Of a DNA stretch of 64,000 bases, positions 1 through 9,192 are shown piece after piece. The DNA is from Clostridiaceae bacterium. GTDB lineage: Bacteria > Bacillota > Clostridia > DUPQ01. Positions within the stretch are counted from its first letter, which is position 1; each line of letters starts with the position of its first letter. The DNA is taken from assembly GCA_012729955.1 (NCBI GenBank), contig JAAYBX010000025.1, positions 45,168 to 109,167 of the forward strand. The letters are read 5' to 3'. The position numbers were made by a program, and so were the translations under genes. Under the pieces are notes generated by a model, which was not told the origin of the DNA, searched no databases, and saw only the letters and a program-made list of their open reading frames with translations.

Positions 1-312
1 ATTTCATCAAATGCCTCAAAAAAAAGAACTGCTTTAATTGCTGGTCGTTTCGGGTTAGAATATGTGTATAGGGCATTCAAGCCTTATAAAAAAGGGTTTG
101 ACAAGGTATTGCTGATGTTAAATCTTCCGGCAAATAAATGTGCGATGATAGGAGACCAGCTTTTTACGGATATCAAAGGTGGCAGAAAAGCAGGCTTTTT
201 GACAATTCTGACAAAGAGAATAAATGATCATGAATCATGGAATGTCCGGCTAAAAAGAATATTTGAAAATAAGATACTTATAAAATATGAAAAAAGGATT
301 AAAGAAATATGA
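1..312 (+). CDS. HAD-IIIA family phosphatase, YqeG-like; 5'-truncated at the window edge
   Basis: Open frame runs to nt 1 with no stop. C-terminal motif KPYKKGFDKV...MIGDQLFTDIKGGRKAGFLTILT is typical of YqeG-type HAD phosphatases. Confidence 0.7.
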   Translation: MSSNASKKRTALIAGRFGLEYVYRAFKPYKKGFDKVLLMLNLPANKCAMIGDQLFTDIKGGRKAGFLTILTKRINDHESWNVRLKRIFENKILIKYEKRIKEI

Positions 313-1157
313 TAAGATTCGGACCAGCAGGTAACGAAACCTCTTTTTACGACCAAGGATATAAAAACACTTTTGAGGCAATGGAATGGCTGAAAAACAT
401 GGGTTTGAATGCCTATGAGTACCAATGCGGAAGAGGTGTCAATATAAAAGAAGAAGCTGCGAATAGAATTGGTGAACATGCTAAAAGATTTGGTATAGCA
501 TTGTCTCTTCATGCTCCTTACTTCATTAATATGGCAACAGTTGAACCAGAAAAAATAAAGAGCTCCCTTATGCACATGAGAAATTCATATATTGCTGCAA
601 AGCAGATGGGAGCTGTAAGGGTGTGCGTCCATCCAGGTTCTTTCATGGGTGATACGCGAGAGAATGCGACCATAAGGGCACATCATTTTCTAAAGGACTT
701 TTTAGATAGCATTAATGATGAATCAGTCATATTCTGTCCCGAGGTAATGGGTAAAATAAATCAGCTGGGTAATCTTGATGAAATTATTTATCTTTGCGCA
801 AATGATGAAAGGATATTACCTACGGTGGATTTCGGTCATCTCAATGCAAGAACCCATGGAAGTCTTAAAACATCTGAAGATTATGAAAAAGTAATACTCA
901 AACTGATTGACGGAATAGGTCTGGAAAGAACAAAGAAAATGCATATGCATTTTTCACAGATTGAGTATACTCAAGGCGGTGAAAAAAAACATCTCACATT
1001 CGAAGATGAAAAGTTCGGCCCGTATTTCAAAGATTTTATACCCGTGTTGTATAAATATGATTTACAGCCTGTTATAATATGCGAATCAGATGACATGATG
1101 GCCACTGATTCATTGAAAAGTAAAATAATGTATGAGCAATACGGAAAGAATGATTAA
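309..1157 (+). CDS. AP-endonuclease family 2 / xylose-isomerase-like TIM-barrel protein (Nfo-like)
   Basis: 282 aa. Motif LHAPYFINMA resembles the endonuclease IV / sugar-phosphate isomerase TIM-barrel fold. ATGA overlap with the upstream gene. Confidence 0.55.
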   Translation: MIRFGPAGNETSFYDQGYKNTFEAMEWLKNMGLNAYEYQCGRGVNIKEEAANRIGEHAKRFGIALSLHAPYFINMATVEPEKIKSSLMHMRNSYIAAKQMGAVRVCVHPGSFMGDTRENATIRAHHFLKDFLDSINDESVIFCPEVMGKINQLGNLDEIIYLCANDERILPTVDFGHLNARTHGSLKTSEDYEKVILKLIDGIGLERTKKMHMHFSQIEYTQGGEKKHLTFEDEKFGPYFKDFIPVLYKYDLQPVIICESDDMMATDSLKSKIMYEQYGKND

Positions 1158-1169
1158 TGGAGGGAATAT

Positions 1170-2246
1170 ATGTATGATAAAAGAGTAAGTTCTCTGATAA
1201 ATATAATTGAGCAAAAGGATCTGGATGGAGTAATTATAACATCAAGGGATAATACAATGTATCTCTCATCTTTTTCCGGAACAGACAGCATATTGGTATT
1301 CACACGCAAAAAAGCATACTTTGCAACCGATTTTCGATATATTGAGACAGCTTCTTCCTTATCTGCATACGGTTATGAAGTGGTTCTGATTGAAGAAGGC
1401 GTAAAAAGTATAGTTGCTTTGTTATCAAAGCTTTTTACTAGTAAAGGATTACGTATAGGGTACGAGAATACAGTACCATATGGATACTTTGAGACATTAA
1501 AGCAAGGTTTAAAAGACTGTGTGTATTATGATATTTCTGATCAGATGCTTGCCATACGCTCAGTTAAAGATGAAACTGAGCTGTCATTTATGTCAAAAGC
1601 CGCTGCTATTGCGGATATCGCTTTTAACCATATTTTAAAAACAGTAAAGATCGGCATGTCGGAAATTGAAGTCGCAGCAGAATTAGAGTATGTGATGAAG
1701 AAGAACGGAGCATCATTTCCTGCTTTTGATACAATAGCTGTTTCCGGTAAAAAAACAAGTATGCCTCATGGTGTGCCTGACAGTAAAAAACTAATGAATC
1801 ATGACACAGTCACATTGGATTTTGGAGCAAATTATAAAGGTTACTGCTCAGATATGACAAGAACTTTTTTTATAGGTTCTCCATCTGCGGAAATGATAAA
1901 GATCTATAACATTGTCTACAAAGCGCAAAAGGAAGCACAGGACTATGTCAAAGAAGGTGTATCTGGATTCAATGCTGACAAAGTAGCAAGAGATATAATT
2001 GAAATAGAAGGATATGGCAATTATTTCGGGCATAGTACAGGACATGGTGTAGGCTTGCTTATACATGAAGAGCCAAGACTTTCAGTTAAAAGCAAAGCTG
2101 TGCTTAAAAGCAACATGACAGTAACTGTCGAACCGGGAATTTATATACCTGATTTGGGTGGTGTACGGATTGAGAATACTGTTGTTGTTGAAAAGGGAGG
2201 CTGTTACCCTCTAAATCATTCTAATAAAGAAATGATAATAATCTGA
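1170..2246 (+). CDS. Xaa-Pro aminopeptidase/dipeptidase, M24B family
   Basis: 358 aa. Creatinase-like N-domain plus M24 motifs (HSTGHGVGLLIHEEP, VTVEPGIY). Confidence 0.85.
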   Translation: MYDKRVSSLINIIEQKDLDGVIITSRDNTMYLSSFSGTDSILVFTRKKAYFATDFRYIETASSLSAYGYEVVLIEEGVKSIVALLSKLFTSKGLRIGYENTVPYGYFETLKQGLKDCVYYDISDQMLAIRSVKDETELSFMSKAAAIADIAFNHILKTVKIGMSEIEVAAELEYVMKKNGASFPAFDTIAVSGKKTSMPHGVPDSKKLMNHDTVTLDFGANYKGYCSDMTRTFFIGSPSAEMIKIYNIVYKAQKEAQDYVKEGVSGFNADKVARDIIEIEGYGNYFGHSTGHGVGLLIHEEPRLSVKSKAVLKSNMTVTVEPGIYIPDLGGVRIENTVVVEKGGCYPLNHSNKEMIII

Positions 2247-2247
2247 C

Positions 2248-2730
2248 ATGGATTATACAATACAGAAGCTTAATACTGATACGTTTAAACTTATTGAAAA
2301 TCTCAGGGGACATATTAAAGAAGATGAGGATTTTATTGAACGCTGTAAACGTGTTCAGGATAAAAAAGATGACTGTTATGCGGTATTTATAAACAATGAA
2401 TGCATAGCTGATGTCACAGTAACATATAAATCTGAAGATAAAGCGGCAACAGTTGAAAACCAAAGAGCTTATCTGTCAGGATTATTTGTGAAAGAGGATT
2501 ACAGGAATAAAAAGATAGCAACTGTACTAATAAAGCATCTGATAGAACAGTTATCTGTGAATGGATATAAAGAATTATCTGTTCTTGTTGATAGCGAGAA
2601 TGCAGCTGCATGCTCACTATATTCCAAGCTCGGTTTCGAATGGGAAAAGACTTACAAAGTAGATGAATGGTCTTTCGATTTGCTGATATACCGGATTAAT
2701 AAATTTGGAGCAATATACAATTCCTATTGA
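2248..2730 (+). CDS. GNAT family N-acetyltransferase
   Basis: 160 aa. GNAT acetyl-CoA motif region (IATVLIKHLIEQL...SLYSKLGFE). Confidence 0.7.
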   Translation: MDYTIQKLNTDTFKLIENLRGHIKEDEDFIERCKRVQDKKDDCYAVFINNECIADVTVTYKSEDKAATVENQRAYLSGLFVKEDYRNKKIATVLIKHLIEQLSVNGYKELSVLVDSENAAACSLYSKLGFEWEKTYKVDEWSFDLLIYRINKFGAIYNSY

Positions 2731-2784
2731 CTTAGTAGGAATATATATATATGATTTTAATATAACTGTGAAAGGATACAGAAA

Positions 2785-4140
2785 ATGAACAATAAACAGC
2801 TTGTACTTGACGCCATAATGAATAAACAGACAGAAAGAGCTCCCTGGGTGCCATTCGTAGGATGCCATGCGGCTTCACTATTAGAAAATGTCACTGCTGA
2901 AATGTTTTTTAAAGATAGCGACCTCATAGTTGAAGGAGTTAAAAAAGCAGTAGACCTTTACAGGCCTGATGGTATTCCTGTTCTTTTCGATCTGCAGCTT
3001 GAAGCAGAAGCTCTGGGCTGCAAATTAAGATATGCCAAGGATAATCCGCCTTCTGTGGTAACTCATCCGCTTGAAGATGGTGTAAAGCTTGAACAGCTGA
3101 AGATCCCTACTGTTAATGATGGAAGATTCAAGCTGGTAATGGAGTCTGCAAAAAGATTATGTGAAGAACTTGGAAATGATATTGCAATGTACGGACTTAT
3201 AACTGGACCTTATACACTTGCATTACACCTTATGGGAACGGAAATATTCTATGAAATGATAGATGATCCGGACCATGTCATGGAAGTTTTGGATTTCTGT
3301 AAGGATGTATGTATAGCATGCGCAGACATGTATATTGATGCAGGCTGTGACATCATAGCAGTTGTTGATCCTATGACAAGCCAGATTTCACCAGACAGTT
3401 TTGAGGAATTTGTATTGCCATATGCTGTCGAGATATTTGACCATATAAGAACCAGAAACAGGCTTTCATCCTTGTTTGTTTGCGGAGACGCTAAGAAGAA
3501 CATTGAAGTTATGAGCCGTTGCAAATGTGACAATATATCAATTGATGAGAATATTCCTCTTGAGTATGTCATTGACATATGCAAAAAGAGGGGAGTATCT
3601 GTAGGTGGAAATATCAAGCTTACAGTTACAATGCTTTTTGGATCAGTACAGGATAATATTAATGATGCTTTAAACTGTATGAGTATTGGTGGGACAAAAG
3701 GATATATATTATCTCCTGGCTGTGACATGCCATATGCAACACCGGTTGAAAACGTTCTTGCTATTGCAGCAGTTGCCCATGGAGAAATGCCAGAATCAAT
3801 CGTGAGCGAGTCTGCTCTTGACGGTATTGTTGTTGAGTTACCTGACTATAAAGCCGAGAAAAAAGTAATAATAGACGTTATTACACTTGATTCAGCTTCA
3901 TGTGCTCCATGCCAGTATATGATGGAAGCTGTCAAAGCTGCCTGTGAAGGATTATCTGATAAAGTCGCTTATGTAGAACACAAGATAAAAGACAAAGAAT
4001 CGGTTGTATTCATGATGAAGCTTGGAGTATCAAACATACCCACAATAGTTATCGATGGACAGATTAAGTACATAAGCCTTGTTCCAAGTGTCAAGGAATT
4101 AAGAGAAACTATTTTAAAGGCAGTTGAATTAAAGAAATAA
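2785..4140 (+). CDS. Uroporphyrinogen-decarboxylase (URO-D) family methyltransferase (MtaA/CmuA-like) fused to a C-terminal thioredoxin-like (CxxC) domain
   Basis: About 345 aa carry a URO-D/MtaA-like fold (VPFVGCHAASLLE, GYILSPGCDMPYATP). The C-terminal ~95 aa resemble redox-active disulfide protein 2 / thioredoxin fold (SCAPCQ ... IPTIVIDGQ). Confidence 0.7.
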   Translation: MNNKQLVLDAIMNKQTERAPWVPFVGCHAASLLENVTAEMFFKDSDLIVEGVKKAVDLYRPDGIPVLFDLQLEAEALGCKLRYAKDNPPSVVTHPLEDGVKLEQLKIPTVNDGRFKLVMESAKRLCEELGNDIAMYGLITGPYTLALHLMGTEIFYEMIDDPDHVMEVLDFCKDVCIACADMYIDAGCDIIAVVDPMTSQISPDSFEEFVLPYAVEIFDHIRTRNRLSSLFVCGDAKKNIEVMSRCKCDNISIDENIPLEYVIDICKKRGVSVGGNIKLTVTMLFGSVQDNINDALNCMSIGGTKGYILSPGCDMPYATPVENVLAIAAVAHGEMPESIVSESALDGIVVELPDYKAEKKVIIDVITLDSASCAPCQYMMEAVKAACEGLSDKVAYVEHKIKDKESVVFMMKLGVSNIPTIVIDGQIKYISLVPSVKELRETILKAVELKK

Positions 4141-4409
4141 TGACAGTACAACTGGTTGAAATGAAAAATCCATGTCAGTCGTGTATAATCGTCAGCGATC
4201 TGATGATCAGTTTATTTGAGAAAATTAAGCCTGAATACCCTGATGTGGATTTTATCATAACAATAATTGAGAAACCTGAAGAAATACGAAAGATACAAGG
4301 TCTGGAAGTAGAGATTTTTCCAGCAGTTTTAATAAATGATGAACAGATAACCTGCGGGAATATTCTTCATAGAAGACAGTTGAAATCATATATAGATATT
4401 AGGAGATGA
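4140..4409 (+). CDS. Small thioredoxin-fold protein (redox-active disulfide protein 2-like), paralog of the upstream C-terminal domain
   Basis: 89 aa. N-terminal CQSC and FPAVLINDEQ motif. ATGA start/stop overlap with the upstream gene. Confidence 0.6.
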   Translation: MTVQLVEMKNPCQSCIIVSDLMISLFEKIKPEYPDVDFIITIIEKPEEIRKIQGLEVEIFPAVLINDEQITCGNILHRRQLKSYIDIRR

Positions 4410-4410
4410 C

Positions 4411-5508
4411 ATGGAAAAGACAAAAGTCGCGGTTATCGGAGGATTTTTAGGATCTGGCAAGACAACCCTTATACTGAATCTTGCAAAAAGCCTTATAGAG
4501 CAAGGTAAAACAGTTGGTATAGTCACTAATGACCAGGGAAGTGATCTTATAGATGCAAGATTCCTTAAGGCAAATGGGCTGGATGTTATGTCAGTAAAGG
4601 GTAAATGCTTTTGCTGTTTTTTTGACGAACTCGCATCGAAACTAGTTCAATTTAAAGATCAAAAGGCAGTGGATGTTTTATTGCTGGAGCCAGTAGGTTC
4701 CGCAATTAACCTTGTAGCAACCATATTCAAACCCTTTATTAATGACAGAGCTGTAATGCTTAAGTCATTTAATGAAGGTTATGCTTTATCTCCACTTGTT
4801 GTTCTTGCAGATCCAAAACGGGTAAGGCAGCTAATGCTAAGCGATACTAACAGTAATTATATGACACCGGTATCATATCTGTTTTCCAAGCAATTGGAAG
4901 AAGCCGATTTGATACTGATTAATAAACGCGACATGATATCAGAATCAGAACAGCTTGAGCTTTCCGAATTTCTAAAGAGGAAATATAAAAACACTGACGT
5001 AAAATGCATATCAGCACTGCAGAGTGAATACATAAGTGATGTTAGGAATTTCGTTATAAATGGCTCATTTATAGAAAGAACTGGAATAGATGTCGATTAC
5101 ACGAAATTCAAAAATATCGAATCTTCTTTAAGCTGGTTGAATTCCAATGCCTTCATAAGATATGATGAAGACGCTGATGTTAATTTATTGATGGATGAAT
5201 ATATGTTAACTGTCAGTAAGGAACTGGTTAAGTCAGGTTGCTCTATAGCGCACATGAAATGCTATGCGGTGGCAGATAATGATTTCTATAAAGCAAGCGT
5301 TACCTCTGATGACGGTGAAATATCAAAAAGCAATGAAATGACCTTTAAACATGATGCATTCAATATAATTATAAATGCAAGGATATCATCTTCACCTACA
5401 GTCCTAAAAGAGATAGTTGAAGGTAATTTGCGTGAAATATTTAATCCTCAGTCTGTTAACACTGAGTGTTTTTCTCCGAAATACCCCAGACCGGACTACT
5501 GCGACTAA
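4411..5508 (+). CDS. COG0523 / CobW-family G3E GTPase metallochaperone
   Basis: Walker A GGFLGSGKTT, CxCC metal motif (KCFCCF), and NKRD-like INKRD G4 motif. 365 aa. Starts 2 nt after the upstream stop. Confidence 0.85.
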   Translation: MEKTKVAVIGGFLGSGKTTLILNLAKSLIEQGKTVGIVTNDQGSDLIDARFLKANGLDVMSVKGKCFCCFFDELASKLVQFKDQKAVDVLLLEPVGSAINLVATIFKPFINDRAVMLKSFNEGYALSPLVVLADPKRVRQLMLSDTNSNYMTPVSYLFSKQLEEADLILINKRDMISESEQLELSEFLKRKYKNTDVKCISALQSEYISDVRNFVINGSFIERTGIDVDYTKFKNIESSLSWLNSNAFIRYDEDADVNLLMDEYMLTVSKELVKSGCSIAHMKCYAVADNDFYKASVTSDDGEISKSNEMTFKHDAFNIIINARISSSPTVLKEIVEGNLREIFNPQSVNTECFSPKYPRPDYCD

Positions 5509-5523
5509 TTAGCTTCTGTTATA

Positions 5524-5552
5524 TTGTAAATATACCGTTCAAAATGTATAAT
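5524..5552 (+). promoter_or_regulatory. Sigma-A-type promoter for asp23-amaP-nusB...
   Basis: TTGTAA - 17 nt - TATAAT, read directly. Confidence 0.5.
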
Positions 5553-5557
5553 TACAT

Positions 5558-5959
5558 ATGAGGTATGTGATGGGTGATGATGTTCTGAAAATTAACGGGC
5601 TTGAAACAGCCTTAGGCCAGCTTAAGGTCACTAATGAGGTTATAGCCATCTTAGCGGGAATTGCGGCTATGGAAGAAGATGGCGTATATGCAATGAGCGG
5701 CGGAATTACCGGCGAACTTGCACAGGCATTGGGAATTAAAAACCTTTCAAAAGGCGTAAAAATAGAGACTGATGAAGAAGGTATTCATGTCAATATTTAT
5801 GTTATAGTGGAATTAGGGGTCAGGATACCTGAAGTCGCATGGAGCATACAGGAGAAAGTAAAAAAAATGGTTGAAAAGATGACCGGCAGTAAAGTTGTCG
5901 AGGTTAATATCCATGTCCAGGGTGTAAATATATATAAACCTAAGGAGGACCTGAAATGA
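5558..5959 (+). CDS. asp23: Asp23/Gls24 family alkaline-shock protein
   Basis: 133 aa, Asp23 family (B. subtilis YqhY position). Confidence 0.85.
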   Translation: MRYVMGDDVLKINGLETALGQLKVTNEVIAILAGIAAMEEDGVYAMSGGITGELAQALGIKNLSKGVKIETDEEGIHVNIYVIVELGVRIPEVAWSIQEKVKKMVEKMTGSKVVEVNIHVQGVNIYKPKEDLK

Positions 5960-6498
5960 AAGTATTAAAAAAGGCTAAGAATCTTTTTTATGCAGTAAAC
6001 ATCATATTGGTTATTTTTATCTGTATTATTGTGATATATGCATGTTTAGATCCAATGGATTTTGAAAAAGCTTTTGAGGATTTTGTTGATGCCAAGTTTT
6101 TTTCCGCACAAAGAGGTCTTGTTTTTCTGGCTGCATTCATGATTTTAGCATTTGAAACTTTCTTTATCTGGTCTATAATGCGCAAAGAAGAAAAACCTGC
6201 CGAAACTGTGAACATAACAACACAGACAGGGCAGATAAGCATTGCAGTGTATTCTTTAGAGGCTTTAGCAAAAATGGAAGTTGCTCAGTTTGATACGGTT
6301 ACAGACATAAGGACTAAGGTGAATTTAAAAGATTCTCAGGTAGGTATGGATGTATATGTAAAGGTAATGCCTTCTGTTCTGATACCAGAAATATCATCAA
6401 AGATTCAGAATACTGTCAAAGAAAAAATCCTTAAAGGCACAGGCATAGATTTAAATAACATCAGAGTTTTTGTTGACGGAATAGCCGGAATAAGTTAG
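5956..6498 (+). CDS. amaP: Alkaline-shock response membrane anchor protein AmaP-like
   Basis: N-terminal transmembrane segments. Immediately downstream of asp23. Confidence 0.65.
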   Translation: MKVLKKAKNLFYAVNIILVIFICIIVIYACLDPMDFEKAFEDFVDAKFFSAQRGLVFLAAFMILAFETFFIWSIMRKEEKPAETVNITTQTGQISIAVYSLEALAKMEVAQFDTVTDIRTKVNLKDSQVGMDVYVKVMPSVLIPEISSKIQNTVKEKILKGTGIDLNNIRVFVDGIAGIS

Positions 6499-6512
6499 AA
6501 TAGGGAATTGCT

Positions 6513-6917
6513 ATGGGAAGAAGAAAAACAAGGGAACATGCGTTTAAGCTTGTTTACCAGATACAGATAAATAACGATGATATAAATGAACAGATGGATC
6601 AGTATTTCATTGATAATGAAGTCGATAACGCATCCAAGGATTACATAAAAAGTGCCATAAGGTATATCAATGAAAACAGTAAGGATATTGACTCAGTCAT
6701 ATCTTTATACCTTGCAAAGAGCTGGCGAATTGAAAGAATTCCTAAAGTAGAACTGGCAATCATGAGGCTGGCATATTATGAGATAATGAATCTTGATGAT
6801 GTGCCCAAATCTGTAGCAATCAATGAAGCTGTGGAGCTTGCCAAAGCATATGGCAGTGATGATGCTGGAAAATATATTAATGCGGTACTTGCAAATATCC
6901 AAAACGGAGAACAATGA
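6513..6917 (+). CDS. nusB: Transcription antitermination factor NusB
   Basis: MGRRKTREHAFKLVYQ start; 134 aa. Confidence 0.9.
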   Translation: MGRRKTREHAFKLVYQIQINNDDINEQMDQYFIDNEVDNASKDYIKSAIRYINENSKDIDSVISLYLAKSWRIERIPKVELAIMRLAYYEIMNLDDVPKSVAINEAVELAKAYGSDDAGKYINAVLANIQNGEQ

Positions 6918-8122
6918 TGGACAGATCTCTGACTGTATCTCAGCTTAATGAATATATTAACAAGCTGATAACTTCCGATGATGTATTGGAAAGTCTGAAC
7001 GTTGAAGGAGAAATATCTAATTGCACGATTCATTACTCAGGACACATATACTTTTCCATAAAGGATGATAAATGCTCAATACGCTGTGTAATGTTTGCTG
7101 GAAACACAAAAAACTTAAAATTCAAACCTGCAGACGGCATTAAGGTATCTGTTTACGGATATCTTTCTTTTTATGAAAAAACCGGACAGTGTCAGATAAT
7201 TGTTACAAACATGTTGGAAAGCGGTGCTGGTGATCTTTTTGTAAAATTCGAAAAACTAAAGAAAAAGTTATCTGAGGAAGGTCTTTTTGATATTCAGAGG
7301 AAGAGAGCGCTTCCTTATCTGCCTGAAACTATCGGAGTCATAACTTCCAGCACAGGAGCTGTACTGCAGGACATAAGGAATATCCTTTCTGGCAGATTTC
7401 CAAACTATGGATTTATCCTGTATCCTGCGACCGTTCAAGGTACAGGAGCTCACAAGACCATAATCGAAGGATTGTCATATTTTAATGAGCATATGAATGC
7501 AGATGTCATAATAATCGCAAGAGGAGGAGGCTCTGTTGAAGACTTATGGCCATTCAATGAAGAAGAGTTAGCTTATGCGATTTATTATAGTAAGATTCCT
7601 GTAATATCTGCAGTAGGACATGAAACTGATTTTACTATTGCAGATTTTGTTGCAGACGCAAGAGCAGCAACACCGACAGCTGCAGCTTCGATGGTAATCC
7701 CAGAAAAAACACGTCTTGAAAAAGATATTCTATCCCAAAAAGAAAATCTCGAATCTTCATACCTCAAATTAATCATGTCTCTTTCTGAAAAAGTTTTAAA
7801 TTTATCTCAAAGGCCTGTAATGAAAAGACCTGATGAATATACGAATATACTTTCTATGAACCTGGATAACCTTACTAATAGATTTTTTACTTTTTCAAAA
7901 TTATATCTGGATAAGGTCACATATAAACTTCAAACATCAATACATAAATTAAATGCCATGAATCCTTTTTCAGTATTATCAAGAGGATACAGTATTACAA
8001 CTGATGACAGGGGAAATGTTATAAAAAATGCATCGAATCTGAGAAATAGCGATGTTATATTAACTACTCTTCATAATGGAAAAATTAGAAGCGTGGTAGA
8101 AAAGGCGGTACAAGATGAATAA
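6914..8122 (+). CDS. xseA: Exodeoxyribonuclease VII large subunit
   Basis: 402 aa. OB-fold N-terminus plus catalytic core. Conserved position before xseB. Confidence 0.9.
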   Translation: MMDRSLTVSQLNEYINKLITSDDVLESLNVEGEISNCTIHYSGHIYFSIKDDKCSIRCVMFAGNTKNLKFKPADGIKVSVYGYLSFYEKTGQCQIIVTNMLESGAGDLFVKFEKLKKKLSEEGLFDIQRKRALPYLPETIGVITSSTGAVLQDIRNILSGRFPNYGFILYPATVQGTGAHKTIIEGLSYFNEHMNADVIIIARGGGSVEDLWPFNEEELAYAIYYSKIPVISAVGHETDFTIADFVADARAATPTAAASMVIPEKTRLEKDILSQKENLESSYLKLIMSLSEKVLNLSQRPVMKRPDEYTNILSMNLDNLTNRFFTFSKLYLDKVTYKLQTSIHKLNAMNPFSVLSRGYSITTDDRGNVIKNASNLRNSDVILTTLHNGKIRSVVEKAVQDE

Positions 8123-8318
8123 CAAGGATTTCAACGAGCTTTACAAAGAATTGGAAAAAAAAGTTGAGTTACTGGAAAAAGGCGAACTATCGCTTGAACA
8201 GGCAGTAAAGACATACACTGAAGGGCAGGAGTTAATCAAACTGCTAAATGAGAAACTGGATAAAGCCAGAGAGAAAATGGTAGTTACTGATAAAATCGAA
8301 CAAAAGGAACTAGAATAA
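8115..8318 (+). CDS. xseB: Exodeoxyribonuclease VII small subunit
   Basis: 67 aa coiled-coil protein, ELSLEQAVKTYTEGQELI. Confidence 0.85.
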   Translation: MNNKDFNELYKELEKKVELLEKGELSLEQAVKTYTEGQELIKLLNEKLDKAREKMVVTDKIEQKELE

Positions 8319-9188
8319 ATGACAGGCTTGGATGCATTTATAAAAGAATACGGAAATCAGGTCACTGTATTTATTAATAATCGGATAAACGAAAGCAAAG
8401 CACCAGATATTATAAAAGAAGCCTGTCTTTACAGCATAAATGCAGGCGGTAAAAGAATACGCCCAGTTCTTTTTCTCATGACTCTTAATGCTCTTAATGT
8501 AGAAATTTCGAAAAAACATATAGCATATGCATCATCAATTGAAATGATACACACTTATTCACTAATACATGATGATTTACCTCCGATGGATGATGATGAC
8601 TATCGAAGAGGGCAGCCCACAAGTCACATTAAATATGGTCAGGCATATGCTATTCTGGCGGGAGACGCGTTATTGAATCTATCATTTGAAACAATGCTTG
8701 ATTATGCTTCCACCGTAAAAGATATTGCCGCAGCAAGAGATATTTCCAAAGCTTCAGGATATGAAGGAATGGTAGGCGGGCAGGTTCTGGATATGAACAA
8801 GCCAGAATGCGTAAAAGATATATTGAAAATGTACTCATTAAAAACAGGTGCTTTGATAAAGACTTCTGTTGTCTCTGCTGCTATAATGGCAGGAGCTAAT
8901 AAAAGTATATTAAAAAGATTAAATGATTATGCTGAAAATTTGGGTATAGCCTTCCAGTTGAGGGATGATTTTCTGGATAAAACTGATATTAATGAGAAAA
9001 CAGGAAAACCAAAAAATAGCGACAAAAAAAATAATAAGTCCACTTATATATCAAAAAGAGGAAACCTCTCAAATGAAATCAAGCTGCATAAGCATACAAA
9101 AAATGCATTAGCAGCTATACAGCCTTTTGATGGAAGTTATGATAAACTGCGTTCTTTGGCTGAATATCTAGATAATAGGATGAAGTAA
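8319..9188 (+). CDS. ispA: (2E,6E)-farnesyl/geranylgeranyl diphosphate synthase
   Basis: First DDxxD motif region (LIHDDLPPMDDDDYRRGQPT) and second aspartate-rich motif RDDFLD. Confidence 0.9.
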   Translation: MTGLDAFIKEYGNQVTVFINNRINESKAPDIIKEACLYSINAGGKRIRPVLFLMTLNALNVEISKKHIAYASSIEMIHTYSLIHDDLPPMDDDDYRRGQPTSHIKYGQAYAILAGDALLNLSFETMLDYASTVKDIAAARDISKASGYEGMVGGQVLDMNKPECVKDILKMYSLKTGALIKTSVVSAAIMAGANKSILKRLNDYAENLGIAFQLRDDFLDKTDINEKTGKPKNSDKKNNKSTYISKRGNLSNEIKLHKHTKNALAAIQPFDGSYDKLRSLAEYLDNRMK

Positions 9189-9192
9189 TTAA

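Noticed and set aside
228-575. 115-aa minus-strand ORF overlapping the HAD and TIM-barrel genes
   Set aside because: Antisense to two well-supported + strand genes. Low-complexity, hydrophobic translation typical of AT-rich shadow ORFs.
3249-3728. 159-aa minus-strand ORF inside the URO-D methyltransferase gene
   Set aside because: Completely embedded antisense to a gene with conserved motifs. No RBS or homology signal.
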